A DNA stretch of 64,000 bases from Carpediemonas membranifera BICM. Its lineage: Eukaryota > Protista > Fornicata. The position numbers were made by a program, and so were the translations under genes. The notes under the pieces were generated by a model. That model did not search any database. It had not been told where the DNA came from and saw only the letters and a program-made list of their open reading frames with translations. The stretch spans positions 1 to 64,000 of the forward strand of contig JAHDYR010000045.1 of assembly GCA_019828565.1 (NCBI GenBank), given 5' to 3'. Of this stretch, positions 1 through 9,998 are shown piece by piece. Numbering within the stretch: position 1 is the first letter of the stretch; the number at the start of each line of letters is the position of its first letter.

Positions 1-351
1 CCTCGTCGCCACTGCTGTTCTTCCCTGGGAGGCGTTGCTTCAGCTGGAGTTGAACGATCTTTTGGGTGACATTCAAACACCACTGACAGGTTCTGTAGGA
101 AGTTGCCAAAGGAATTCCATATGGCTCGGAGTTTCGTCCCTTCCTGCTTCCCCTGTGAGGAATTCCTCGTTCGCAACGTAGCAGAATGCGTTCAGATAGA
201 GCCGAAGAAGCTTCTTTCGGCGCCCAGAAACCGTATTCTTCGTTCCCATCAGCAGCGCTTGATCGTCATAAAGTGCACGCACAATATCTCAGGGGGATCT
301 TCCTGCTGGGCTGGCTAAGACCGGGTAGCACATCTTCACGACAGATCGACT

Positions 352-1410
352 TTATTCATTGTCCTCGTCAGCAGCCAGACGCTTCTCGCCCTCCGTAATC
401 AATGCCTTTCTTATGACCGGATCCTTATCATCGGGACGTTCGGGTAAGCCGAACACGCGGCGAAGGAGGTTGCGATTATCAGCTGTCTGCAAGCTGGTGA
501 TAAACTTGTTGACTGTCGGGAGCATATCCTGCCTCTCTGGTGCATCCTCATCAAGCTTCCGGAATGTCAGGGCGAAAGAGATGCATTTCTGCGCGTGAGT
601 GATTTTCAGCGGCACAGCCTCATGAGAGAGCATCTGGCAGAACTCGGTTGGGTACAGAATGATATACTCAAATATATCACGCTGTTTGTCCAGCGACCGC
701 TCTTTCTTTCCTGACATCTCCGCCATACGTGTCATCATGTGCTTGATTCCACCGCTAGGTCGAGAGCTGAGGGCACCAGGCTTCTTCAGTTCCACTCGCA
801 GTGCGTCTGCCTGATGCTCAAGCTGAGCGGCGGAACAATCACTGCCTGCCATCTTGTAAATCGCCAGATGATACGCGATATACACTTGCCACATGGTCTG
901 TGGACCCGAGTTAACAGTCAAAATGGACTGGAGTGCATGAAGCTGCTCCACCGTCGGGTGCTCAGCTGCGTCCAGGGAGACGATGGTCCAATCATCAGAC
1001 TGTTCGTTCGACCTGTCAATCGAACCACTCCAGGTCTTGGACAAGATCGTGTCAACATCATAGCACGACAAGTCATTCTTCCGCTTGTGATGCTTTGCGG
1101 CGGCGTCTTGGTCAGCGGGAAGGACAGTCTGGCCAGCGGGTGAGCCATCGCCTTGGACAGCGGGAGGGCCATCGCCTTGGACAGCGGGAGGGCCATCGCC
1201 TTGGCCAGCGGGAGGGCCCTCGCCTTGGCCGGTGGGACGCTGATCAGTGGCGAAATGAAGACGAGCGTCATCGTCAGAGGCGTTCAAAGCACGTGAAGCG
1301 CTGATGGCGTCCATGAGAACTATTTTGAACTCCTTCTTGAACGTCTGCGTCCGCTTGTTCTTAGGAATGGCGTAAAGCATTGCCATAAGCTCTGAAGTGT
1401 CGAAATCCAT
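352..1410 (-). CDS. Hypothetical protein, cluster family A (paralog of 23509..24354)
   Basis: 352-aa ORF. QTMWQVYIAYHLAIYKM and FEYIILYPTEFCQML align by eye with NIAWVAYQMELYNEL and VRYMILFPNLFWDLL of 23509..24354. Confidence 0.7.
   Translation of the reverse strand: MDFDTSELMAMLYAIPKNKRTQTFKKEFKIVLMDAISASRALNASDDDARLHFATDQRPTGQGEGPPAGQGDGPPAVQGDGPPAVQGDGSPAGQTVLPADQDAAAKHHKRKNDLSCYDVDTILSKTWSGSIDRSNEQSDDWTIVSLDAAEHPTVEQLHALQSILTVNSGPQTMWQVYIAYHLAIYKMAGSDCSAAQLEHQADALRVELKKPGALSSRPSGGIKHMMTRMAEMSGKKERSLDKQRDIFEYIILYPTEFCQMLSHEAVPLKITHAQKCISFALTFRKLDEDAPERQDMLPTVNKFITSLQTADNRNLLRRVFGLPERPDDKDPVIRKALITEGEKRLAADEDNE
1130..1237. repeat. 24-bp coding tandem repeat, about 4.5 units
   Basis: Unit ggccatcgccttgg(a/c)cagcgggag encodes QGDGPPAV/QGEGPPAG on the minus strand. 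Confidence 0.9.
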
Positions 1411-1439
1411 CGAAATGTTCTCGTGCAGATTTTGTCAGA

Positions 1440-2108
1440 ATGCGACTGACCACGAAGGAGACGTATACGATGCCAAGTGATGACTATTGTCGTCTCTACA
1501 GCAGCAAGATCTTTACTGAGTTCAGTACCGATTGTTCTGCGTTTGGCTTTTCGAGATCGATGCTTGCTAACAAGTGTGACATCAACGTGGACGAGAACGG
1601 CTTCAGTACTGCAGTTTCCGTCACTCAAGAAGAGCAATACTCCCTTATGGGAACTTCCGTTGGCAATGGGGTCATGGTGATGTCCCCAATCGAGAAAGGC
1701 ACCATCATCGGAGTGTACCGTGGTGAGATCGTCTCGACGCCGGGCCCCACAGCGGATTCGACCTATGTCATGTCCTTCTCGCAGAAGCTTGAGTATCACG
1801 TCGACTCCAGCGGTCTTCAGTATGGCTGTCACCTTATCAACGACGGCATGGGCTTCTACAACTGTGATGCCCACACGTATCTCGTCTCCGTCATGGTGGA
1901 TGACAAAGCCGTGAAACTGCCAATCCTCGTCATTGCGGCTACAGCCGATATCAAGCCGATGGAGTTCCTCTCCATTGAATACGGCGATGACTACTGGCGC
2001 GGTAAGAAGCGTGTTACTCTCTTCCCCTTCTCCATGGGTCGTATGTGCTCTGCAACGACTAGCCGTGAAGAGATGGAGGCTGTCGTTGACAATGTGCTCG
2101 GTTTATAA
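1440..2108 (+). CDS. Stand-alone SET-domain protein (putative lysine methyltransferase)
   Basis: SET motifs GVMVMSPIEKGTIIGVYRGEI, HLINDG..YN and ATADIKPMEFLSIEYGDDYW (ELxxxYG pseudoknot motif). Confidence 0.85.
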   Translation: MRLTTKETYTMPSDDYCRLYSSKIFTEFSTDCSAFGFSRSMLANKCDINVDENGFSTAVSVTQEEQYSLMGTSVGNGVMVMSPIEKGTIIGVYRGEIVSTPGPTADSTYVMSFSQKLEYHVDSSGLQYGCHLINDGMGFYNCDAHTYLVSVMVDDKAVKLPILVIAATADIKPMEFLSIEYGDDYWRGKKRVTLFPFSMGRMCSATTSREEMEAVVDNVLGL

Positions 2109-2117
2109 ACGCTCCTT

Positions 2118-2596
2118 GTTGTACGCGAATGAGGCGACGTCACCACTCCCTACAACGGCGCCAGGATGTGGTCAAGGGGGAATTTGCACTGAGTCACGTC
2201 GAACTCTCCATGGCACTCTCCCCCGTGCGCCACCCCTGATCACTACGTCTGGACCACTATTCTTCCACGGCGTTCTCTCCCTGGCGTTCTCATAGGCAAT
2301 CTTCTTCTTGCCTTCCTGATGTTGATATTAATTGTTTCTGTGTACACAAGCTTGCTAATGTCATTATAAGCTTCACGTAGTACTAAATCGTCTTGTATTC
2401 CCGGTATTATCGTCCATATGGCTGAGCATGAATAATGATGTTGATTACAAAGGAGGGAGAAGCTGGTAGTGGCTCTAGAGCAGACAACGTTCAATGTGCA
2501 GCACGCATAGAACAACAATCCCCTGAATATTACTGTAACTGATCATTCCACGGATTTCGTTTGCGACAGCGATCGCAAAATTGTGCACTTTACGGC
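2118..2596 (+). repeat. 479-bp direct repeat, copy 1
   Basis: Matches 4168..4646 with one mismatch seen (2492 c vs 4542 a). Confidence 0.95.
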
Positions 2597-2617
2597 TGAC
2601 AACAGAGAATCGTCTGC

Positions 2618-3406
2618 ATGTACGAAAAAGTCGCGTATTCACTTGCTGCTATGCATGCCATGACAAGATATAAGATTGCACCTGAGGAGGTGAAGAATTC
2701 TCATCGCCAATGCGTCAAGGACGCTGTTCTCGAAGCCTGGCTCTCATCTTCGGCTGATTTCAAGTGGGCAACAACTCTGATTGACGAATTGAACGCTTCA
2801 TACAAAGGCTCAATCACATACAACCTCCAGAGCCTTCTCTTCAGCGTTTTCCCCGAGGAAATGACGGACCCGCGTGCAACGAACGACATACTGCGTGTGC
2901 ATAAGCTGCTTGGCCCAATCATAGGGCAGACCGTCTTCTTGGCCTCCATCTGCAAGACTGATAGCATCTCCATCACGCGCGATCACTTCATGTCTGTGTC
3001 CTCACCCGTGCCTTTGTCATTGGATGATCGCAGAGCCGCATACGTGGCTCATACCTTCCCGAGTGTCTGGTCGACACTGGTCGAGGCCCTGATGATCGGC
3101 AGCATCGACCAGGCGATCTTTGCTGATATCTGCCTCGCCATTTTCGAGGCTCCCGATCCGCAGTTCGCCGACACGAAGAAATATGCGCAGCTGACTGATA
3201 CCTGTCTCTCGTACGCAGTGGAGAGTGTTACTGACAGGGATACTGAGCATAACAGCTGTAAGGTGAAGTGGTTCGGTTACCCCATCCCGACCTCTGCTCC
3301 GCTGTCCGAGTACAAGCAGTTTACGAATGAGACTCATGTGTCGAAGCGTGGCAGAGGTGTAGACAGTGGTTTTGTTGGGAAGGGACGCAGACTGAACCAG
3401 AAATAA
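2618..3406 (+). CDS. Cluster family B protein with C-terminal chromodomain-like region
   Basis: YAVESVTDR....CKVKWFGYPIPTSAPLSE fits the chromodomain consensus. The N-part (EAWLSSSADFKW...SYKGSITY) aligns with the 24404..25552 gene. Confidence 0.7.
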   Translation: MYEKVAYSLAAMHAMTRYKIAPEEVKNSHRQCVKDAVLEAWLSSSADFKWATTLIDELNASYKGSITYNLQSLLFSVFPEEMTDPRATNDILRVHKLLGPIIGQTVFLASICKTDSISITRDHFMSVSSPVPLSLDDRRAAYVAHTFPSVWSTLVEALMIGSIDQAIFADICLAIFEAPDPQFADTKKYAQLTDTCLSYAVESVTDRDTEHNSCKVKWFGYPIPTSAPLSEYKQFTNETHVSKRGRGVDSGFVGKGRRLNQK

Positions 3407-3665
3407 ACCATTTTGGGTGTGATACCGGCTTTGCTTCGCTTTGGCCGCCAGCGCCATCGTGAGTCATGACCTCCTGGCGGATGGCAGTCTCGACGGGAGC
3501 TTGAATGCCTCGAGGTAGCCCTGATCCCCAACCTAATGCGAAGACGTGCAACCCGGCGGTAGCCAGCCGGAGCTGAGCCGAAAGTTGCCATCTAGATGCC
3601 CCGACGGAGTGTACGGTGGTTCGTGAGGCGACTGTTCCCCTCATGCCGTCCATATAGGCATCCGC

Positions 3666-3742
3666 GCTGGCGTATCCTGCTGAATCCTTCGCCCCAGAGC
3701 TCATATCGGTTTCTTCAGAACGAAATTCTAAAGAAATGTTCG
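3666..3742 (-). repeat. 77-bp inverted copy of the 5' end of the HEPN gene (26741..26817)
   Basis: Exact reverse complement; both copies encode MSSGAKDSAGYAS. Confidence 0.95.
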
Positions 3743-4020
3743 CGGGTATGCCTGATCATCGCGCGTCGAAAGACAGCAGGAACGTACCCTACAACTCAGG
3801 TTGAAGTAGGCTTGGCTTTGGTTCAACTGATAAATGCGCCATTGCTCCGTTTATATCATCCAATGTTAGGATGCCTTGCTATGATGATATACCGGTCACT
3901 ACGCTTCTGGGCGACGGTGGAGGCTGATGGTATGGCAGCGCAGGGGCATGAAGCGGGTCAGAGGGGTGGGTAGTCAAGGGATACTGACCGATCTTGGAAC
4001 TTGGATGATCGTTGTCGTGG

Positions 4021-4191
4021 CCAGATGAACTTGAGGCAGTGGTGGAGGAGGAACTCGCGGTCCGTGTGGGGCAGGGTCTCGCCGACGATGAAGGCCATGG
4101 AAGAGGCGGCCTGGGTCATCGAAGGGACCTTGACGGGGTCAGCCCAGTTGTAGTAGAGGTGGGAGGCGTTGTACGCGAATGAGGCGACGTC
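4021..4191 (-). pseudogene. PIWI/Argonaute C-terminal fragment
   Basis: Translates as DVASFAYNASHLYYNWADPVKVPSMTQAASSMAFIVGETLPHTDREFLLHHCLKFI. This resembles the Piwi C-terminal consensus LxYxLCHLYYNWxGxIRVPAPxQYAHKLAFLVG. Confidence 0.7.
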
Positions 4192-4646
4192 ACCACTCCC
4201 TACAACGGCGCCAGGATGTGGTCAAGGGGGAATTTGCACTGAGTCACGTCGAACTCTCCATGGCACTCTCCCCCGTGCGCCACCCCTGATCACTACGTCT
4301 GGACCACTATTCTTCCACGGCGTTCTCTCCCTGGCGTTCTCATAGGCAATCTTCTTCTTGCCTTCCTGATGTTGATATTAATTGTTTCTGTGTACACAAG
4401 CTTGCTAATGTCATTATAAGCTTCACGTAGTACTAAATCGTCTTGTATTCCCGGTATTATCGTCCATATGGCTGAGCATGAATAATGATGTTGATTACAA
4501 AGGAGGGAGAAGCTGGTAGTGGCTCTAGAGCAGACAACGTTAAATGTGCAGCACGCATAGAACAACAATCCCCTGAATATTACTGTAACTGATCATTCCA
4601 CGGATTTCGTTTGCGACAGCGATCGCAAAATTGTGCACTTTACGGC
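4168..4646 (+). repeat. 479-bp direct repeat, copy 2
   Basis: Near-identical to 2118..2596; its first ~24 bp are part of the PIWI-like frame. Confidence 0.95.
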
Positions 4647-4819
4647 CGACTGCCTGGGAAGGTATCGACTCGAAAGGATAGGGGCGTCTCTGTCTACCTC
4701 ACAGATGAATAAATGAATGTATATATGCCTGTCTGGGCATCAGCGCTGTCGTTCAGGCCAATCTCGCTCGCAACCGAGCTTGAAGCAACGTCGACTCCTT
4801 TTGTCAATTTACTCATTAC

Positions 4820-6671
4820 TCACTCGCTCGCCGTCTCCAGTTTGCTCACACCGGAGTATACTGCGGCGTGCTCACCCTCAATCAGAATAACGCCATCGAA
4901 GTCCGACTCATGACAGGCCTTGACGACAGCAGCGCGGCTTCTCAGTGTCATCTTCTTGATGCGGCCACTCGCCATGTGTAGAACCGCATCGCTTATCCAA
5001 TGGCCTTGCTTTTTTGCGTTGTCAATGACGAGCACGGTCTTCTTGTTGGCGTGTGCCCATGTCCGTATGGCTTCTGTCGTGAGGTACAGGCTCTTCTTAT
5101 CGAAAAGCTCGTCGGGCTCGAACCAAGTGCCGTGGAATACGACTGACTTCTTCGCCCACGCGGTCAGTCTCGCTCTGAAACCGGCAATGGCGTTATCGTC
5201 CAAGTCCGTGTTGTGAACAAGGTAGTGAAGGGCGTGTGCGATGCAACTCCCATCTGGAGGCACGTTGTGTACATCACAGAAGCGCTTGATGTCTGCCATT
5301 GCACGAAGGTTGTCATAGCCTCTCTCAGGCTCAGGCTCAGCTGGCTCGCTGACGCTAAGATCTATGATATCAGCACACGGCACACACTCTTTGTTGTTGG
5401 CCTTCTCGGGCTCCGTCTGGGTGTTGGCTTCGCATGTCTTCACTGTCTTCACCTCCGACTCGCCCTTCTTCTCATTTGCCTCACCCTCGTCCTCCTTCTC
5501 CTCAGGCTCATCATGCACCTCTGTCACCTCCTCTACCTCGCCCTCCTCCTCCTCGTCTGACTCCTCTGAGTTGCTATCGACATCAGCGATCTTCTGAGGG
5601 ATTGTCATGAGGGCCTTGCGCTTCATGTGGATTGTGTCGCTCTTCCCCGTACGGCGGGGGGTACTCGTTCGTGCTTGGTGTGTGCCCGACTGGGGTAGGT
5701 CGCGGCAAAACGGCGCGGGTGTCGGGCTGGCACCCAAGGAGATGTCAGCTGCGTACCCCACGTCTTGCAGCAGCCTCGTGACGGTCTCCTCCAGCTCGAG
5801 TACTCTCTTCTGCGCCTTGTGATGGAGCACTCGTGCCTCCATCGGAAGAGATGGGAGGTCTTTGTGAATCCAGTCCTTCATTTCGAGCAGCTTGGATACG
5901 CGAAGGTATCTGTCGAACTGAACGTCGACGTGGTTGTCCCCAGCAACCGCAGCTGACTCTCGAGAGGCGCGAATGCGAAGCTCGCCGTGCACCTCCTTCT
6001 GGACTCTATGCCACAGGACGTAGTTGCGAGCGTTATTGTCCTCCCACTCCTTGAGCTTCTGGGCGATCTTTCTCTCGCGCCGGCGCTTGATCGCGCGTTC
6101 TCTAATCTCATCGTCGGACTCGTTGTCAAAGTCCACCTCACTCTCACTGTCGCACAACTCAGAATCGTCGACGCCGCTCTCTTCACCACTGTCCACGCCA
6201 CTCTCATCGTCGACGGGTTCTTTCTTAGCGCTCTCGGCCTTGCCCTTGCCCTTGTCCTTCTCCTCGGCGTCAATGGCCTCAATAATGGCCTTACGCGCCT
6301 TGCGCTTCTCCTGGCTATACACGATATCAGCCTGGTTGTCGTCAACCCACTTCGCCAGCGCGCCGAGCTTCTTGGAACTTCTTGGTCCGGCGAGTGCCAT
6401 AAACTGCTTCTTCAACTTATCCTGGAGCTCTTCCTTCTCGTCCTTCGTGAGGCGGAATTTCGTAGTGATATGGTTCAGGTTGATTCCTATATAAGCATTG
6501 CTATGACTACAAACGCTTCCTGATCACTAGATCGAGCAGTTTCCGTTCATCCAGCAAAACCGCGCGAAGGACAGCACATTTGGCATGATTGGTGGTTGCC
6601 TTGGTGTATGCAGCCAATATCGCATCGTACTGTTCCTTGCTAGCGCTCTCAATCCACTTTAGCAAGTCCAT
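4820..6671 (-). CDS. OTU-like cysteine protease/deubiquitinase with acidic N-terminal region; 28-nt intron at 6487..6514
   Basis: VPPDGSCIAHAL (Cys box) and EGEHAAV (His box). A GTTTGT...ATAG intron joins ORF 6507..6689 in frame to 4820..6415. Confidence 0.7.
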
Positions 6672-8092
6672 GTTCGGCACTATCAGCAAGAGAGCATAAA
6701 AAAATGGACATAGAGTGCCAAAAGTAATAAACTGAAACCATCCTCACGGCAACTATGTACCTAGGCGGCCTCAGTACCTCCAATACCTTCCGTATGTGCT
6801 TTTTTGTCCGTCCCTACTTCGTCCCACGAACCAGAAAAAAAGCGCAAAGAGAGGGCCCTTTGAATAATTCTATAACGGCAGCAGAGCATAAAACACGGTT
6901 CGAAAGGGCTGATTTTATGCTCTCTTGCCGTTAGTTCAAGCCGAGGCACGCTTCGGGCGAGCTCCGGCCAAGGTGTCCAGGAGTCAGCTTTTGGGGGAAG
7001 GTCTGTGGTGCTCTAACGTACCTCGGGACGCACTGTGGAGGCCCCTAGAGTACTCGGTCATGGCATGTCAGACCAAGGGTCCCTCAAATCTGGCCCCATT
7101 CAGGATGCACCCCCTAAATGTTCCGTTGCAAGCGTCTGACGGGCGTTCTCTGGATACCGACCAAGATGGAGGTCACATGGATCAACGGACGAGTATTGCG
7201 GTATTCTGGCCATGCCTGGTACTCTCAAATCATCTATACTGCTCAGTGCTCCATTTATAGTTCATATCGTTTCGTCCTGATGGACTTATGGTACTTGATG
7301 TTGTTTAGGGATTATTGTTGCTTTAATGATGCTCTGCGCCCGAATACTGATGTTTCTTAGTGTTGCGTACATGCCTACTACGTTAAAGCCGCCAGTATTC
7401 TTCCTATTCGTCAGTTCGTAATTTCAGTCTCGTTGCGAGCATAAAATGCACATTGTGAAAGGAAAGTGGGTGGTTATCTAATGGATACAGGGCAGGACAA
7501 GGTACACAAATGCCGTCCTGAGGTTTGGCATGGGATACTGATTTCATACGTCTAAAATGGGCGGTTGGACCCGAATTTCAGAATTTCGGCATGTCCGAAT
7601 TCCGAGGCAAGCGGGTAGGGTGTACAAAACCTGGCCTGGGTACCTATTAGAGCGAATAGAGAATGGCAGCACCATGGATTCGGTTTTCAGAATAATAATT
7701 GCATTTGGATCGCCATTTCAGAATTACTTCCAGCACCGGAGATTATCATTAAATCTGGGAGTGTAACAACACTTTTAAAAAATGAAAGGTCCCCATTCAC
7801 CCACTCAGGCCCTAGATCACGTATCTGAGCTCAGTTTGGGTCAATTCCCAATACTTTAGAGTTTTGTATGGTCGAAATTCTGAAATAGCAATCCAAACTG
7901 AAGCAGCAAAAACTCATCCCATGGAGGCTGTAGCGGCAATAGACGAAGATATCATGAAGCATTGGTTGAAGAATGTTCCAACCAAATCGCGTACGAACTA
8001 CAACAAGCTTCTGAAAGACGTTTTGGCCAGAATTTGTCAGGAAACCGCCACAGATATCCAGAAGGGCATCGAGATTGTCCGTAGTGACGAGC

Positions 8093-8237
8093 TGGTAACG
8101 GACCGACGAAAGGGAAAACGACGCGAAGTAGTAGCCCGCTTACGCGATGTACGGCGAGGACGACGAGTGAAACTACGACGGGTTCGGCGAGGCCGACGGC
8201 TAGACCGACGGCGATTTCTTCTAGCTCCATATGCCAT
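8093..8237 (-). pseudogene. cap: Truncated capsid protein (Arg-rich N-terminal arm only)
   Basis: MAYGARRNRRRSSRRPRRTRRSFTRRPRRTSRKRATTSRRFPFRRS is a typical CRESS capsid R-arm; it runs into unrelated sequence near 8090. Confidence 0.7.
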
Positions 8238-8244
8238 GTTTATG

Positions 8245-9708
8245 TCAATATTTACGCCAACGATAGACCCTCCGAGACTGGCGATAGCCACGAGAGTTAT
8301 AATATCTACGATAACGAGGTCGCCACATAGGAGTGCGCCCGAAATTGCGCGGCTTATACCAACGAGGCCCGCGATGAGTAAAAAACTTGGAATGCCAAGT
8401 TGGGCGGAAAGGGCGACGCTCAGACTTCTCCGCGCGACTCTGCTTAAAATCTGCATACCGCGAGATCGCGCGAGGCGCACGATCTAGCTTATGCTGAAGA
8501 CGTTTCGGCTTCTGAAAGTCCGAAACCTTATAGGACAAAGCAAACTTGTCCGGGCGGAAAGCCTCAAACTCATCCAAGCGACGATAACGAAGGTAATCCT
8601 TCAAAATCGCCTTCGTGTTAGGATTGCGCATACTAGCTATTACGCGATCATAGCTACGGCGTGAGGACGGCGGAAGGGTATCGCGGAACTGCAAGCGTTT
8701 CGCAGTAGGGTTGCGGAAAGAGGACGCCCACTTAACGAGATCCTGATTCTCAATCCGGTCGAACTGAGCCCAAAAGGGCTGCAGACGACTAGTCGTACTG
8801 CGAAAATCGGGATGATACAATCGAATGACCTTCACCCATTGTGAAGCGTCATACGGATACTGCAGATGCTTCATCGCATAAGGGAAAAGCGACCTAGGAT
8901 TATGATAACGCGCATTACGAACGCGCGCTGGGGGAGGGACATAAACGCCGGCGAGGCGATCAAACGCCTCGTCGCGCTTTTCAGGAAAGGTAGCCCGGGC
9001 CTTTCGGACAAGGGGAGCAGTCGGTTTCCGCTGGCGAGCAGGAGCGCTCTCTTGCGGACGAGGAGGAGCGTCCGAAGGAGGACGCTGCTCAATGGGACCG
9101 ACCGCAGGCTCAGGAATAGAACGGTGATCGGGCGCGTTCATGATCGGTACTGAGAGATATACATACCCCATGATCGGGTCACGGTAGGAACGCAGCACCT
9201 TACCAGCGTCCTGGTGAACTGTAAAAAAGGCATTACGGTGCTTACCAAGAGTACGCACAATGCCCTGCGCATCACCCAAAACTGGCATAATACGAAGCGT
9301 ATTATGCCCAGGCTGATAAGGCTTCGGGCGCTGGCTGTCGGGAACAGAACTGACAACGTCGCGCAAATAAATTGCGGACTTCAGCCAGCCTTCCTTCAGC
9401 GCAGAATCCTTAGTAGGAACCTCGCGAAACCACTTGCCAAAAGCAAGCTTCGTCGCAGGGTCTCCAGACTTGAAGGCAAGGTCATGAACCGCAGAAAGAG
9501 TATTCATACGAACTTCGCCAGACTTAATGTAGCGAAGTAAATCACCGACGGCCGCATAATCATGCGAGCCAGGGCCAATAGAATCGCCGTACGGGGCAAG
9601 CCCGCCGGCCGACTTCTTATTGGAAAGATAATCGATTACGTCCCCACGTAAATCAGAGTCACTGACATAGGGACGCACAAAAGCACCCCAATCAACGTCA
9701 GATGACAT
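8245..9708 (-). CDS. Viral 487-aa protein with N-terminal parvovirus-type PLA2-like motifs and basic C-terminus
   Basis: GDSIGPGS and SAVHDLAF resemble the Ca-loop (xxGPG) and HDxxY motifs; the tail is Arg/Tyr rich. Confidence 0.55.
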   Translation of the reverse strand: MSSDVDWGAFVRPYVSDSDLRGDVIDYLSNKKSAGGLAPYGDSIGPGSHDYAAVGDLLRYIKSGEVRMNTLSAVHDLAFKSGDPATKLAFGKWFREVPTKDSALKEGWLKSAIYLRDVVSSVPDSQRPKPYQPGHNTLRIMPVLGDAQGIVRTLGKHRNAFFTVHQDAGKVLRSYRDPIMGYVYLSVPIMNAPDHRSIPEPAVGPIEQRPPSDAPPRPQESAPARQRKPTAPLVRKARATFPEKRDEAFDRLAGVYVPPPARVRNARYHNPRSLFPYAMKHLQYPYDASQWVKVIRLYHPDFRSTTSRLQPFWAQFDRIENQDLVKWASSFRNPTAKRLQFRDTLPPSSRRSYDRVIASMRNPNTKAILKDYLRYRRLDEFEAFRPDKFALSYKVSDFQKPKRLQHKLDRAPRAISRYADFKQSRAEKSERRPFRPTWHSKFFTHRGPRWYKPRNFGRTPMWRPRYRRYYNSRGYRQSRRVYRWRKY

Positions 9709-9795
9709 CGCGCAGCAAATGAAACAAAGTAAGCGCCAGGTGCACTACAGCGCACCCTGACGCTCCTCTACCGAGAGGAATAAAAACAAGCACAC

Positions 9796-9918
9796 GACCT
9801 TAAAATGCCGTGTGACGAACTGACAAATCCCGCTAGTAATATTAAGGGCGCTTTTCGTCAGCGGCACTTTAAGGTCATCTTAAAGTGCGCAGACTATGCG
9901 CCCTGCTAGCGGGATTTT
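9796..9918 (-). promoter_or_regulatory. Rolling-circle origin: TAATATTAC on the minus strand (9836..9844) in inverted repeats
   Basis: gtaatatta is flanked by gaccttaaaatgccg..tgacgaa / ttcgtca.cggcactttaaggtc. Confidence 0.85.
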
Positions 9919-9998
9919 CACACACATTTTGATCACATCAAAATGAGACGGATACAAACTCTTGGATCGAGATTTACGCAGTTTAGGTACGGTCAGAA

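Noticed and set aside
2118-4646. The 479-bp repeats as LTRs
   Set aside because: The ends are not TG..CA, there is no TSD, purine tract or retroelement coding between them, and copy 2 overlaps the PIWI-like frame.
6720-7860. Element terminus or ncRNA in the long non-coding gap
   Set aside because: No convincing terminal repeat, TSD or partner sequence was found by eye.
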